Assembly: GCF_009914755.1 (NCBI RefSeq)
Contig: NC_060928.1
Source of the DNA: the human T2T-CHM13v2.0 reference genome, Homo sapiens
Reading direction: 5' to 3' (one strand)
Length of the DNA stretch: 64,000 nt
Below the pieces are notes generated by a model. The model searched no databases. It worked only from the letters and a program-made list of their open reading frames with translations, and was not told the DNA's origin. Of the stretch, positions 40,825 through 54,366 are shown piece after piece (position 1 is the first letter of the stretch; each line of letters begins with the position of its first letter). The position numbers and the translations under genes are program-made.

Positions 40825-40852
40825 CCGCAGTATGCGGACCCCTTCTCAGCAT
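40805..40852 (-). other. uORF MLRRGPHTAGSCLRC*, overlapping the RE1
   Basis: ATG CTG AGA AGG GGT CCG CAT ACT GCG GGG AGC TGT CTA AGG TGC TGA. Confidence 0.6.
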
Positions 40853-41049
40853 TGAGCAGAAGTGGAGAGTCACAGTGTTATAAATGTGCAGGTGATTTTT
40901 ACAGTGAAATTACAAAAATGAGTGAGATGAAATGTCTGAAGTGCCTAGGTGCTGGGCAACAGTTCTCTAAAGCTCCAGCAGCAAAGGAAGAATGTTCGTT
41001 CTTCCCTGACTGAGACCCAGGATTGGAGGAAGAAGAGCAGCAACAGCCG

Positions 41050-41530
41050 GAAAGAGGACGCCTCTCCACCTGCTCCAAGCGCCGCCCGCCGGAATCCAGC
41101 TCTCCACCTTGGGTTAAAACCCGAGACCCGGAGCGCGGCAAAGGGAAGCGGGGGTGGGGCCGGACAACCCGGTCCTGTCGACCAATCACGACCGCACAGC
41201 GGGACGGAGTGACAGGCCACTTACGACGGTAGGCGGGGCTTAGCGCTTCACCCTTTAACAAAACCCAAACAAACCAAACGGCGACTGGAGCGAGGTGGGC
41301 GGAAAAAGCCACCTGGGAAAGTCAGCGGTTTTGTGGATTAGGTAGTGTAACCCCGCAGGAGGGACCCTTTAGTATTCCCTTCCGGGAAAAGGCACACTTT
41401 AGGTCTTCTCGGATGTGACACTGTCTGTTACACTCTACACCGAAATACAAGAGTCAGCAGTAAACCCAGACCCTGGCGGAGGGCTGGGGAAGAGAAGACA
41501 ATGTGGTGCGTGAACGCCCGTGGAACGGAA
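41050..41530. promoter_or_regulatory. CpG-rich TATA-less promoter of GLRA3, with CCAAT box (41182-41186) and GC boxes (~41232-41239, ~41297-41302)
   Basis: Only non-Alu CpG-dense stretch in the window (gcgccgcccgccgg, gagcgcggc, gtcgaccaatcacgaccgc, aggcggggc, gtgggcgga), immediately 5' of exon 1. Confidence 0.85.
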
Positions 41531-41918
41531 GAACCAGCTGCTTCTAGAATCCTCTCAAGCCTGGCCAGCTTCTGGCCAGGAAGCGTTGTTGACTGGATTT
41601 AAGTTGGGTTTCCTTAAGTAATAGTAAGGGTTCTAAAAAGATGAAGGTGTGAAGTCTAAAGAGATGGCTGCTAGAGACGCAAGGCTTCCCACCATTTTTT
41701 TTTTTTTTTTTGGTCTTTCCCGTTTTACATCTTCACAGTAAGTTTAAGTGAGAAGAACAGCTAGATCACATGGTACTATAAGGTCCATCTTTTCTCCGTC
41801 ATGTCAGCTTTCTGTCCTTCTCTTTCTCTATTCTTTTCCCCCTCTCCTTCTCTGTCCCTGTTTTCCTCCCCTCCCACATTTATTTACTTTGGGTTTTGGA
41901 TGGAAGACTGGAAAAGAA

Positions 41919-41920
<2 letters not shown>

Positions 41921-41952
<32 letters not shown>
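41921..41952. repeat. (GT)16 microsatellite upstream of the promoter
   Basis: Perfect GT run, preceded by a CT-rich tract (41790-41880) and a T-run (41695-41711). Confidence 0.95.
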
Positions 41953-41953
<1 letters not shown>

Positions 41954-44799
41954 GTGTTGTTTATGTATTTCAAAGTAATAGAATTTTTTTAAAAATTAAA
42001 ACTTCTTTGATCTTTATAGTGGCTCTTATTTACTATCAGCCATGATCAAATGTTCATTCCTTGAATCTTAGATTTTCCCCAAAACTTCCTCAGATATTTA
42101 TTCTGAAATCCCTACTTTCATCTCTTAACTTAGTCTAATGACATGTCAAAAATGATTCCTCATCTTGACACGTTGGTTATTCCTGAAATTCTCTGTTTAA
42201 CTGGAAAGCATAAGTCACCACCTTCCAACCCTCTCATATGAAAAATCTCTCTCTCTACACTTTAGTAAAAAAGTTTTATTTACATTCAGTGACAATAAAG
42301 AGTTTCCTGGATTTATTTCTAGATGTTTTTATTATACTTGTCTCTTTTCACATAGTGGTTTTCTGATTTAAATCATAAACTGCCAGAAGTTTCATAAGGG
42401 ACACCATTGATTCTGCCCAGGAATATTTGTACCTGGAGAAGATTCATACCATTTTTATCAACTTAATTATTCACGATGAATCTTTTGAAATCTCACTAAG
42501 CACAAAAGCTTTTTAGTTGGCGATTCTTTGAATAGCAGTAATAATTGTTTAAAAACGTACGCATTAAAAAACTTCAAAACTTTATTTCAAGAATACGTGG
42601 ATTCCTTGCTCTGCTTAACCACTGACTGGGTACTTTGAGAAAAGCTATGCTCTTTAAAAAATATCTTTATATATATATATATATTTAAAGTATATTTATT
42701 GAGAAAATTAGATTAAATGATCTTGCAGATTTATTCTCTGGCTTGAAGGAGACAATGTATGTTTAAGTCAGTAAATTAATAAATAATATTAAAACTCTCT
42801 TTAGAGTAATCTGGAAAATTAAATTACACAATGGCTTAAAAGCCAGGATAATTTTAACTATTTCAACTTGTAGTTAACATAAAACATAGAAATATACTTT
42901 ATAAAATTAGTACGGATATGAAATTAGTATGGATCTAATCCTTTTTAAATATAAAGTTCATATGAAAGAATGGCTGGAATCCTCGTAATACTCATTTTTC
43001 ATAACACCATAATTATTGTCTTCAAATTACTTGTCACTCTTTGTTATCATCCTCCTCATTTATTTGTTTGACTTTTTCACTAGAGTGAGGACAATGGCCA
43101 CTATTTAGCACAACACTTAGCATATAATAGATACTCAGTATTCGTTGGGTGCATTAATTATCACATTGGAAACACAATATGTATTTTCTCTATTAGTAAA
43201 TGAAGGAAGTTGTTACAGTGCATTGGGAACTAGACTAATTAGGTATATTTAAAATTGAGTGATTGTGGTGCTCTGTTTCTTTCAGTTAACGTTTGATGTT
43301 TAATTTTCTAGTGTATTTTTGTTGAGGGATATTTATATTGTTTGTTTTAATTTCTATAAGGTCAAACAGAATATTATGCATCTACATATTTTTGGTAGCT
43401 GTCTTGTAAATCGTACTCTTTTCAGAGTAATAGTACTGATTGAATGGGTAGGCGAGTGAATGTGTTTTTGGGGTAGGGGGAACCTTCTGTGGCTGACGAT
43501 TAGATGATCAGCCCATTCATATACAACTGTGCTGGATTGTGACATGGCCACATCTCAGCTTTACCTTTCGTGGCCTTTATTATTGCTTTCTTGCACTAAT
43601 GGATTCTACTTCACATTATATAGGACATGGGACTTCGGAGCTTAATGGGATATCGATCTTCATCATGCTTAATACTTACTTTTCAAGAGAAAGCAATTGT
43701 AGACCAGTGTGGTTAAGTGACGGTTACAAGCCCTCATATCCAGTAAGCAGAAGGTATCAAATTTCAATCTGGGGCTTTTGGTTCATTGTCTAGTTTTCTT
43801 TTGTTCACTACCATGGAGCTATTTTTAAGGCACATTTATTCTATTTTTTCAAAATATGTGTACATTGCCTAAGCAACAGAAAGATCAATTTCAGTATAAT
43901 GATAAAGGTGCCTCTTTTATTTAGTTAGCTTTTTTACATTTCCTCAGTTGTTACTACCAATGATCTAAAACCTGGGATATTTTACACATATTGTTGAGAT
44001 GCTTTGCTATTTAATAAAAGCCCCATATACTCTTTAAGTCAATGTAGTATAGAATTAGTGCTAGTTTACTGAGAGTTGATTGGATTCAGTAGCATTGAAT
44101 CATTCTAACCATCTCATCAAAAGTTGATATACAGATCAAAATGCCAGTTTAAACACTTACCAAAAGTAATGTTACTTTTGAAATAATTAGAATATTGACA
44201 TCTTTGAATTAACACTCCCTAAGGTTGAAATAAAGTTTTAATTTAGGAATCAATCAGAAAGTTGCTTATTTAATATAAATCTAGTAAAGAATAATTAGCC
44301 CTATGGCAGGCTTACATATTGTCACTGAATATGAGCCTAGTGAACTTACCTTCTGCATAAGGATTGACCTACTGAGAACACTAGAATAATCATGAAATGT
44401 TATTAGTTGATTTGGTGACCCTCTATTTTGAATAGAGGGAGAATATCCAATAATTTATTTACATTTGCTTGTCTAGGCTACACAATTTTGTACATGAATC
44501 TCAGCAACAGCTTCCTAATTGTTTCTCCTGCTAATCTAATTAAAGTTCCATTGTAAATATTAAGTTTTTTAAAGTAAATCAAACGATGCTACTTCTATTC
44601 CCAAAGCCCTTTATTTCCAATGCAACAAATTGAATTCATACTCCCTTTTATAACTCACGAGACTCTGAATACTATCCCGTTGGTAATCTCCTGAGCCTCA
44701 TTTTTTTAAATGTGAAATTGTATTTATTTTTTGTACATTTTGTAGACAGTTTTAACTTTTCAGAATATTTAAATGAGTAATTTATTGTAAAATCCACAG

Positions 44800-46490
44800 A
44801 AAATTTATTTTGCTTATTTATTTAAAAAAATATTTATTAAGAGATGATCGATGTTCAAAAAGCTGTAGATATTTAACGTATACATCTTAATGTGTTCGGA
44901 GATAAGAATACACCTTTGAAACCGTCAACACAATCAATGCTATAATCCTATCCATGACCTCCCAAAGTTTTCTCCCACTCTTTTGATTGTTTTGTTTTTT
45001 CTTTCTGTGGTAAGAGCATTTAACATAAGATTTATCTTCTTAACAAATTTTAAAGTATACAATACAGCATTGTTAATCATAGGCCCTTTGCTGTGCAGGA
45101 GATATTCAAAAATTTTTTGTCTTGTATAACTGAAACTTTAGACCTTTTGTCCAATCCTTCCCCAGTTTACTCCTCCCCTATCCTCTGATAACCAACCCTT
45201 TACTCTGTTTCTGTGAGTTTGACTGTTTTAGACTCCACATATACGTGAGATCATATAGTATTTATCCTTCTGTTGACTGGCTTATTTCTCTTAACATAAT
45301 GTCCTTCAGGTCCATTCATGATGTCACAAATGTTCAGGTTTTCTTCTTTTTTTAAGGCTAAATAACTTTCCTGCGTGTATATATATTACCATGAGTCATG
45401 GTGTCACAACTGATTTCTTTATCCATTCATCCACCAATGGACACAGAGGTTGTTTCCATATCTTGACTACTGTGAATAATGTTGCAGTGAACATGGAAGT
45501 GCAGATATCTCTTCAACAAACTAATTTCAATTCCTTTAGATATGCACTCAGAAGTAGGATTTCTGGATCAAATGGTAATTTTAGTTTTAATGTTTGAGTA
45601 ATCTTCATCTTGTTTTCCATAGTGGCTTTACCAATTTACATTCCCATCAACAGTGTAAAGTGTTCTCTTTTCTCTACATCCTAGCCAACACATGCCCTTT
45701 GTTTTTTGATAATAGCCAACTTAACAAATATGAGCTGATATCTCATTGTGGTTTTAATTTGTATTTTCCTGATGACTGGTAAAAGCCATTTTTCATATAC
45801 TTATTGGCTGTTTTATGTCTTCTTTTGAGAAATGTCTATTCAGTTCCCTTGTCCATTTTTTGTTTGGGTTGTTTTATTGCTATTGAGTTGTTTGAGTTTA
45901 TTATACATTTTAGATATTAACCACTTTTCAGATACGTGGTCTGCAAATATTTACTCTCATTCTATAATTTACTTTTTCATTTTGCTAACTGCTTCCTTTG
46001 CTGTGCAGAAGCTTTTTCATTAGATGTAATCCCACTTGTTTATCCCTGCTTTTTTTTTCCTGTGCTTTAGTGTCATATCCAAGAAATCATTGCCCAGTCT
46101 AATTTGTAGAAGATTTTCTCCAATGTTTTCTTCCAGGACTTGTATTGTTTTATGTTTTACAGTTAAGCCTTTAATCCATATTGAGTCGATTTTTGCATAT
46201 AGTGGGAGATCAAGTCCAATTTCATTTTTTTGTGTGTTGAATTTTGATTTTTCCAAAAGCATTCATTGAACAGACTATCTTTCCCTCATTGTGTATTCTT
46301 GGCACCCTTGTGGAAGATCAGTTGACCTTATATGCATCGGTTTATTTATGGGCTCTCTGTTCTACTCAACTGGTCTGTATGTGTGTTTTTATGCCAGTAC
46401 CTTGTTTCAATAACTAGTTTTGTAATACATGTTCAAATCAGGGAGTGTGATACCGTCAGCTTTGTTCTTCTTGCTCAAAATTGCTTAGAC
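44800..46490 (-). mobile_element. L1MA/MB 3' region (~1.7 kb)
   Basis: ttttagactccacatatacgtgagatcat; atccattcatccacc; gtggctttaccaatttacattcccatcaacagtg; gctgtgcagaagcttttt; ttgttcttcttgctcaaaattgc. Confidence 0.88.
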
Positions 46491-47024
46491 TTTTTTTTTC
46501 TTTACTGGTTTCCCTTTTCCCCACTATGTATCAGTCACATGAGCTGTTTCTTTTCTCAGAATTTGTCTACTTTAAACACCTGTCCTCTTGGGCTTTCTAT
46601 CTTTGGTTACCTTTCAGCCTTTAACTCACAGTACGGCTATCAGTTTCTTTCTTGAGCACAATATATAACAAAATTTCCCCTTTACTTTTAATTCATGGTG
46701 TTTTTTTCTTCACAGATGAAATATAATTTGATGTTTGCCCTTGTTTGAATACTCCATGAAGATGAGGAAAATACATGTTTGTGTCTAACAGTGTCTGGCA
46801 TGTGGTAAGTGGTCGGTAAATATACTTTAAATCAATGATTGAGTGCATAAATATTCTTTGTTCTTTGGTTAACCCTTTTTTAAATTCCATGCTTACTAAG
46901 CTTTTTAACCCATTCTCTCTTCATAAAATTATTTAAGATCTCTAGGTTGTAGTGTGTTTTCTTTGGCGATCGAAAAGCAACTTTGGAGTTTTTATGTGTG
47001 CCCTCAGTTCACTCTAAGAGCACT

Positions 47025-47145
47025 TTATTTATTTATTTATTTTTGATACAGAGTATTACTGTGTTGCCCAGGCTGGAGTGCAGTGGTGCGATCTCAGCTC
47101 ACTGAGACATGTGCCTCCCAGGTTCAGATGATTCTCCTGCCTCAG
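47025..47145 (-). mobile_element. 5'-truncated Alu right-arm fragment (~120 nt)
   Basis: (TTTA) tail plus gatacagagtattactgtgttgcccaggctggagtgcagtgg...ctcctgcctcag; degenerate TSD agagcacttt / agagtgcctt. Confidence 0.85.
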
Positions 47146-47214
47146 GAGAGTGCCTTGTTTATGAAAAATAAGTTAATATTATCCATTATACTAGAATTTT
47201 TACAATTGTAACAC

Positions 47215-47700
47215 GTTAAAAAATATTCAAGACACTCTTTAGAGACAATATGGAAGAGCTTATTCAAGGGAGAATATTGCAATAGGTATAGGGATTGTTG
47301 CAATGGGTCTTATAGTGTGGTAGAGACATTGGTCTTGACTCTGATTACAAGAGGAACAAATGCGAATCTATGGTCAAGGAGTAGGGGCTGGTGAATGAAA
47401 AGTTACTAAGAGAAAACATCAGGGATAAGGGGATTCTTCTTACACTGACTTGACAGGATTTTTATTGAAGGTAAACCAGCATGACAAGATATTGAGGGTA
47501 AGGAATAAGGAATTTGATCAGATATCAAGGGTGTTTATGTAAGGGCAGGGGATTTTCACTAGACTAGCCCAGCAAGATTCTTGCTAAAAGTGCTCTAAAC
47601 AGGCAGAGCCACTGGAACTAAGGACAAAGCCCAAGGTCAGGGCCTAGTCAGAAAGAAGACTCAGAGGAGTCTGACTCAGGCTTGGGCAATAGCTTAGACT
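47215..47700 (-). mobile_element. MER31/MER67-like ERV1 LTR
   Basis: attgcaatagg; gactagcccagcaagattcttgctaaaa; cctagtcagaaagaagactcagaggagtctgact. Confidence 0.6.
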
Positions 47701-49034
47701 TTTTTGAAGTCTAAATATGGCAATTCCATTACATTGGAAGATAACATGTTAATAATGCATCTATTGATGTCCACAGCTTTGGTCAGAACCACACTAAAAA
47801 GAAACGTTAAGAACTTACCTATTATAGCATTTTAACTGGATAACAAGTAGGCTGCATATGGTATCATCACAGTATCTAATGATATGCTACAGAATTAATA
47901 ATTTACCTCTATAGAAAAAAATTATAATCAGTTAATTTGTACAGTTAATACATTTTCTGAGTTTTGACTATTAATTTCTAACATAACAACTATCACATAT
48001 GTAAGTGTTTTATAAGACCATTATCACTTCCAGCTTCTTCCAAAATCTCATTTTCTTAACTAATGTTTATAGTATTTTTGCCAGAGTATATATCCTAAAA
48101 AAGGTGCCCATAATCAAAATGTCTAAAGTACTGGAAATATATTATTTAAAAAAAAAACTAAATACCTAGCTGAGATTTCACAGATAAATAATAAAAAATA
48201 CCCACAGGACCAAACTATTGAAAAGGAATGAAGCAAAAAAAGAAGTGAGGACTGAAGCTGAAGGGTGCCCAAGGGGAAACAACTGATCTCTCTTCGACTA
48301 GAGCTTCCATTTTAACTCGAGGCCCGCAGAATTGGAGCAATGACTACAGCCCAAACAAAGCCCTAAACACTATGTCTTTTAAAACCAGCAATCCCTGGAG
48401 TGAATAACCACAGGACACAATCTAGAAAAACTATTTATATCCCAAAGGAAAGAAGGAAACTTGTCTGTCTCAGCTTTAGCTCTGAATGAGGCCAGCAAAA
48501 TCTCGCTAAAATGTCATTTACCAAAAACATATACAGTTTTTGAGCCAGAATTAACACCACCTATGGCCACAGAAACACCAGGTTACAAATATGTATTTAA
48601 CTGGTGCTGTGATTTTAATGTCCCAGAAATCATCGAAACAACCATAATTCTCCCTGGAGGACTATATCTTAAGTTCAAGTCTGAAGGGAAGAATTCCCAC
48701 AGAGAAAGTTCCAAAGAACATATGCTCAGTATCAAAAACAGAACACATGAAGAAACAAGCTATGAATTCGAGTCAACAAAGCAGGTAAAACAGAGTTTGA
48801 AGTATAAAGATTGTAGATGTTGGAATAAGTGGCTAGAGAATATAAAGTAAGTGTGTTTGTTAGAAGAATAAAAATATGGCTGGCACTATAAAATTGGTCA
48901 GTTAGATTTTTTAAATAACCAGGAAACTATGTAGAAATGAAAATTATTGTAGCTAGAATTTAAAAATTATGGATATTTTTAACAGCAGATTAAGCATGCT
49001 GGAAGATAATAAGTGGGTTAAAAGATACATCTGG

Positions 49035-49515
<481 letters not shown>

Positions 49516-50290
49516 TTAAATGGTGATACGTAAAATATGAAGAGACAATAACTGAAAGTTTTATCAAAACGATTAGATATGAATTTTCATATTATGGAAG
49601 TGAAAATTATTCCAGCAGGACAATGGAGAAAAACTACAGCTAGACTGCGTAATACTAAACCGCGTATGCAGTCTAGCCTAGACTGATAGTATTTCTTGTA
49701 AAATACTTATATATGTGATAGTTTTTAATGTTAGAAATTAACAGTCAAAGCTTACAGACTGACTAGGCTAGTCTGCATAATGCTAATGACAAAGACATCT
49801 CAAAAGCTGCTACAGAGGAGAGCAGCTTTTATTATTTTAAAAGAATAAAAATAATGAATAACAGCTATATACAGTTTATAAGAGTCAAGTATAAACCAAA
49901 GGATATTTAGAAGCATAAAAGTAAAAAGAGAGGAAAACACATCAGGTAAATGCTGAACCCTGCAAAAGTAAAATCAAATATTAAGCAAAGTAAAGAAATT
50001 AACGTATTTACACACAAACCCACAAAAAGCATCTTTATATAATGAATAAAGTTTTACCAAATGGATAGGAAATTTCTAAATTTGCATACATCTAATAATA
50101 TAGCCTCGAAACATGTAAAGCCAAAAAATCAAAAGGATAAATCTAGCACTATAGCAGGGCATTTTCATATGCTATTCCATAGCTTTTATGATATGAATTA
50201 GGACATTAATTTTGAAAAATATATATGATTAACAAATTTGATTAATGAGAATAGTTAAACAACAATACAACCACAATTTTGTAATAAGCA

Positions 50291-50587
50291 TTTTTTTTTT
50301 TTGAGACAAGGGTCTCTGTGTCACCCAGGCTTGAGTGCAGTGGCATGACAATAGTTTGCAGCAGCCTTGAACTTCTGGGCTCAAGAGATCCTCCCACCTC
50401 AGACTCCTGAGTAGCTAGGACTACAGACATGTGCCACCATGCCGGATTAATGTTTTTTGTTTTATTTTTTGTAGAGATGGGTCTCTTGCTATGTTGCACA
50501 GGCTGATCTTGAACTCCTGGCCTCAAGCTATCCACCTTGGCCTCCCAAAGTGTTGGGATTACAGGCCTGGGCCACCGGACCCAGCCC
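50291..50587 (-). mobile_element. AluJ
   Basis: J-type gcagccttgaacttctgggctcaagagatcctccc; TSD taataagcatt. Confidence 0.9.
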
Positions 50588-51271
50588 ATAATAAGCATTC
50601 TTTTTAAGCATACATTAAGCATATAGATGCTCAAATTATAGAATTTGAACATATAGACGATAAACAAATTTCAGCTAATTTTAAAATGTGCTATCATCTC
50701 AGAGAATGAATTTAAAATTGAAATTGAATAAAGTTAAAATGAATAATTATATAATGCAAATTAGGAAATATTTATAACTTAAGGTAATAAGAATACTACA
50801 TACCGAAGGCCTCTAAAACTGTGATTAAAAACAAACGGGTATCCCTAAATTGTCTTAAAGTCGGAAAATTAATGATGCACACATAGAAATTAAGATGCGG
50901 TCATGAACAGCTCAATAAATCTCATAAATATACAAGGAAGTAAATACACATAAGAGAATAAGTAATTAATAAAGTAGAAAACAAAGATAAAATAGATCAT
51001 TATAAAAGCGAAATGTTTTTCAACAGGGTTTAAATTAGCAAAATTTCTCACAATAATAAAAAAGCAGAAAAAAGAGAAGCAGCAAATAAATAGTATTGAA
51101 TACTCAAGTTTGGAAAATAATATGATAGTCAAATATTGATAGCCAGGGAATTTCCTAAAAAATGAAAAAAGAAGAGTGACAATCTAATAAAAGACAAATG
51201 TGGAAATATTGCATTAACAGGAATTTAAAAATACAAAATAGGTGTTTGTATAATTAAAGATGTTAGACTTT

Positions 51272-51589
<318 letters not shown>

Positions 51590-52399
51590 TTATTTGTAAT
51601 TAAGGAATACAAATTAAATTATGGGCACAATTTTAGAGCCGACATATTGACAAGTGTGTAATTGTAATACCAATTGTTGCATGAGTGTGGATCAACAAAA
51701 ACTTATATAGGGCTAATGAAAATGTACACCCATTTTAAAAAACAAGTTTTCTCTACATTAACTATAATCAAGAATGCTAATCTTAATTATATATCCTAGA
51801 AAATAATCTGGCATTGGTACAACAGGAAGAATGTACAAGAATGTTCATAGTTTTTAATGGAAAGTTGGCTTGAAATAAATGAAATGTCTACCAATAAACA
51901 AAGAAACAATAAGTAAGTAAATGAGTGAAGTATGTCCATGTAGAAGAATATTATACAACCATGAAAATGGATATAATTCAGCTACTTATTTCAACATGAG
52001 TGAATCATAACTACACAATGAAATACACTGTAGAAAACAGAGAATTCCACATAAAGAAAGTGTCATTGTTTGTGTCAATTGATTGATAAGTAGCTGTATT
52101 GAATACTTTACTGTATAATAACCCCTATATTATCTGTTGACTCGAGATTCCGAACTTTAAAAATATTGTTTCTAGAGTTTAAAATATTATTGGAGAAATC
52201 ATACTTATATACCCAAATAGTAAAGACCAAAACAAAACAAACAAAAACATTCGAGGCAATATCTAACCAACAGCTAATATGCTTGGTTCAGATAGTATGG
52301 ATTTTAGGAATTTAGAAAAATGTGAAGCCAGAATAATAGAGTGCACTCTATGAGGAGGTAAGTGATAATACAGTGTAAAATTTAGGTAAGTTGTTGGAA

Positions 52400-53600
52400 G
52401 GCATATCAAAGACACCAGACCCGGTTTATGTGCCGTACAATTTGAGATTCTGCCCCAGTACTTCAGCTAGTAAATTGCTCCCCTGTTGGAGTGATGTAAA
52501 CTTTTAATCCTGAAGGATGTGAAACCTTGGTTACTTTGTCTTTGTTCAGTCATGTTTGGTGAATTTGCCAACTTATCTCTAATCTCTAGGCATGAAACAA
52601 CCAAGAGACAATGCATTGGATCTCCTGGATTCCCAAATAGATACTGTAAATTGTATTGTATAGCAGAAATCTTAGCTTCCGATTTTAATCAATGCTGATT
52701 ACCATGGCTACATGGCTGCTGAAGTGAAATGACTTTTTTTTTTTGTCTGCAGATCCACTGGCATGATAAAGGCATGGTAGTTGGCCAGATGGTACATGTA
52801 GTTTCTAGTTCAATGGAACTCTTCCTGTATCTCTAACAGATGAGTTTTCCCTTGACACCAGAAACTATTGCCTATTAGAGACAAAGGTTATGAAGTGAGG
52901 AAGCACAAACTCTCTAAATAAGTGGAGGTCGAAATGAGAAAGTTTGATCCTACTTGTACTCCTAGGTTCCTGAACTCATATGTTCCCAGCATTGGTGTCT
53001 GTATTCATTTGCTAGGACTGCCAAAACAAAATACCACAGACTGGGTGGCTTCAACAACTGAAATTTATTTTCCTAAGTTCTGGAGGTTAGAAGTCCAAGA
53101 TCAAGGTGCCAGCAGGTTTGATTTCTTCTGAGGCCTTTCTCCTTGGCTTGCAGATGGCCACCTTCTCACCTCGCCTCACTGTGGTCTTTCCTCTGTGCAT
53201 CCACATCTCTGCTTTCTCCCTGTGGGTCCTAATCTCCTCTTCTTATAAGGACGCCAATCAGATTGGATAAGGGCCCATCCTAAGGGCTTCATTTTAACTT
53301 TATTACCTCTTTAAAAACCCTACCTCCAAATACAGTAGCATTCTGAGGTCCTGAAGGTTAAGGCTTCAGCATATGAATGTTTGGGGAAACACAATTCAGC
53401 CCCATACATTGGCAGTTGATTTCGGGAATGTACTGCATCATGGAGAACACTACTGCACAGCCACAGGCTGTTGTCCTAAAGCCAGGATATTTGCTGAACC
53501 TTCAATGGGGTACTCAGCCATTCTATTAGGCCAAATATGTATAATATGTATGATATAAGACCAATTAATCTAATAGTGGTGAGACCATTATTCTGTATTT
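52400..53600 (-). mobile_element. Old MaLR/ERVL internal-like fragment hosting an MLT1B LTR
   Basis: cagctagtaaattgctcccctg...cttttaatcctgaaggatg; atgcattggatctcctgg; agaaactattgcc; tcctaggttcctgaactcatatgttccc. Confidence 0.45.
53000..53408 (-). mobile_element. MLT1B-type LTR
   Basis: tgtattcatttgctaggactgccaaaacaaaataccacagactgggtggctt...cacaattcagccccataca. Confidence 0.88.
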
Positions 53601-53616
53601 TGCTGACAATAGAAAA

Positions 53617-54366
53617 TGTTGACAAAAAGAATCAAATTCTGTGAAATATTTTAAGAGGTTTATTCTGAGCCAAATATGAGTGACCACAGCCTGTGACACA
53701 GCCCTCGGGAGGTCCTGAGAACATGTGCGCAAGGTGGTTGGGGAACAGCTTGGTTTTATAAATTTTAAGAAGGCATGAGACATCAATCAAACACATTTAA
53801 GAAATACATTGGTTTGGTTCAGAAAGGTGGGACAAATCAAAGCGGGGGCTTCCAGGCTGTAGGTAAATTTAAACATTTTCTGGTTGACAATTGGTTGAGT
53901 TTGTCTAAAGACCTGGGATCGATATAAAGGAATGTTCAGGTTAAAGATAAAGGATTTTGGAGACCAAGTTTTATTGTGCAGAGGAAGCTCCCAGATAGCG
54001 GACTTCAGAGAGAGCAGGTTGTAAATTGTTTCTTAATGGGACTTAAAAGGGTGCCTGGCTCTTAGTTGATTATCTCCTGGATAGGAGGAAAGGAAGGAAA
54101 ACGAAGGGGAAAGGGGATTCTCTATAGAATGTGGATTTTCCTGCAAGAGACCTTGAAGGACAATGAAGGTAGGGTAAGGAAATATATTTTGGGGTTAAAT
54201 ATTTTTTCTTTGTCTCATAATGTTATGCCAGAGTCAGATTGAGAAGTAAGTCATAATATATAGGGTCAAAAAAACCCATCTGATGAAAATTGTTTGTAGG
54301 GCATGACTCCTTAGACCCCTTAGGTAGGAATTTGTGTAAAATAAAAAAATCAGAGCTTAGTCCTCA
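53617..54366 (-). mobile_element. MER4E-like solo LTR (ERV1)
   Basis: Minus strand begins tgaggactaagctctgattttttt...aaattcctacctaaggggtctaaggagtcatgccctacaaac and ends ...tttttgtcaaca. Confidence 0.8.

Larger units (their letters stand above)
40680..41120 (-). other. GLRA3: GLRA3 5' UTR (upstream boundary approximate)
   Basis: Lies between the ATG and the CpG-rich promoter. TSS placed near 41100-41130 by inference from the CCAAT box at 41182-41186; not directly observable. Confidence 0.6.

Noticed and set aside
40795-41312. Several overlapping ORFs across the promoter and 5' UTR
   Set aside because: Mostly GTG/TTG starts. Open frames are expected in GC-rich, stop-poor promoter DNA.
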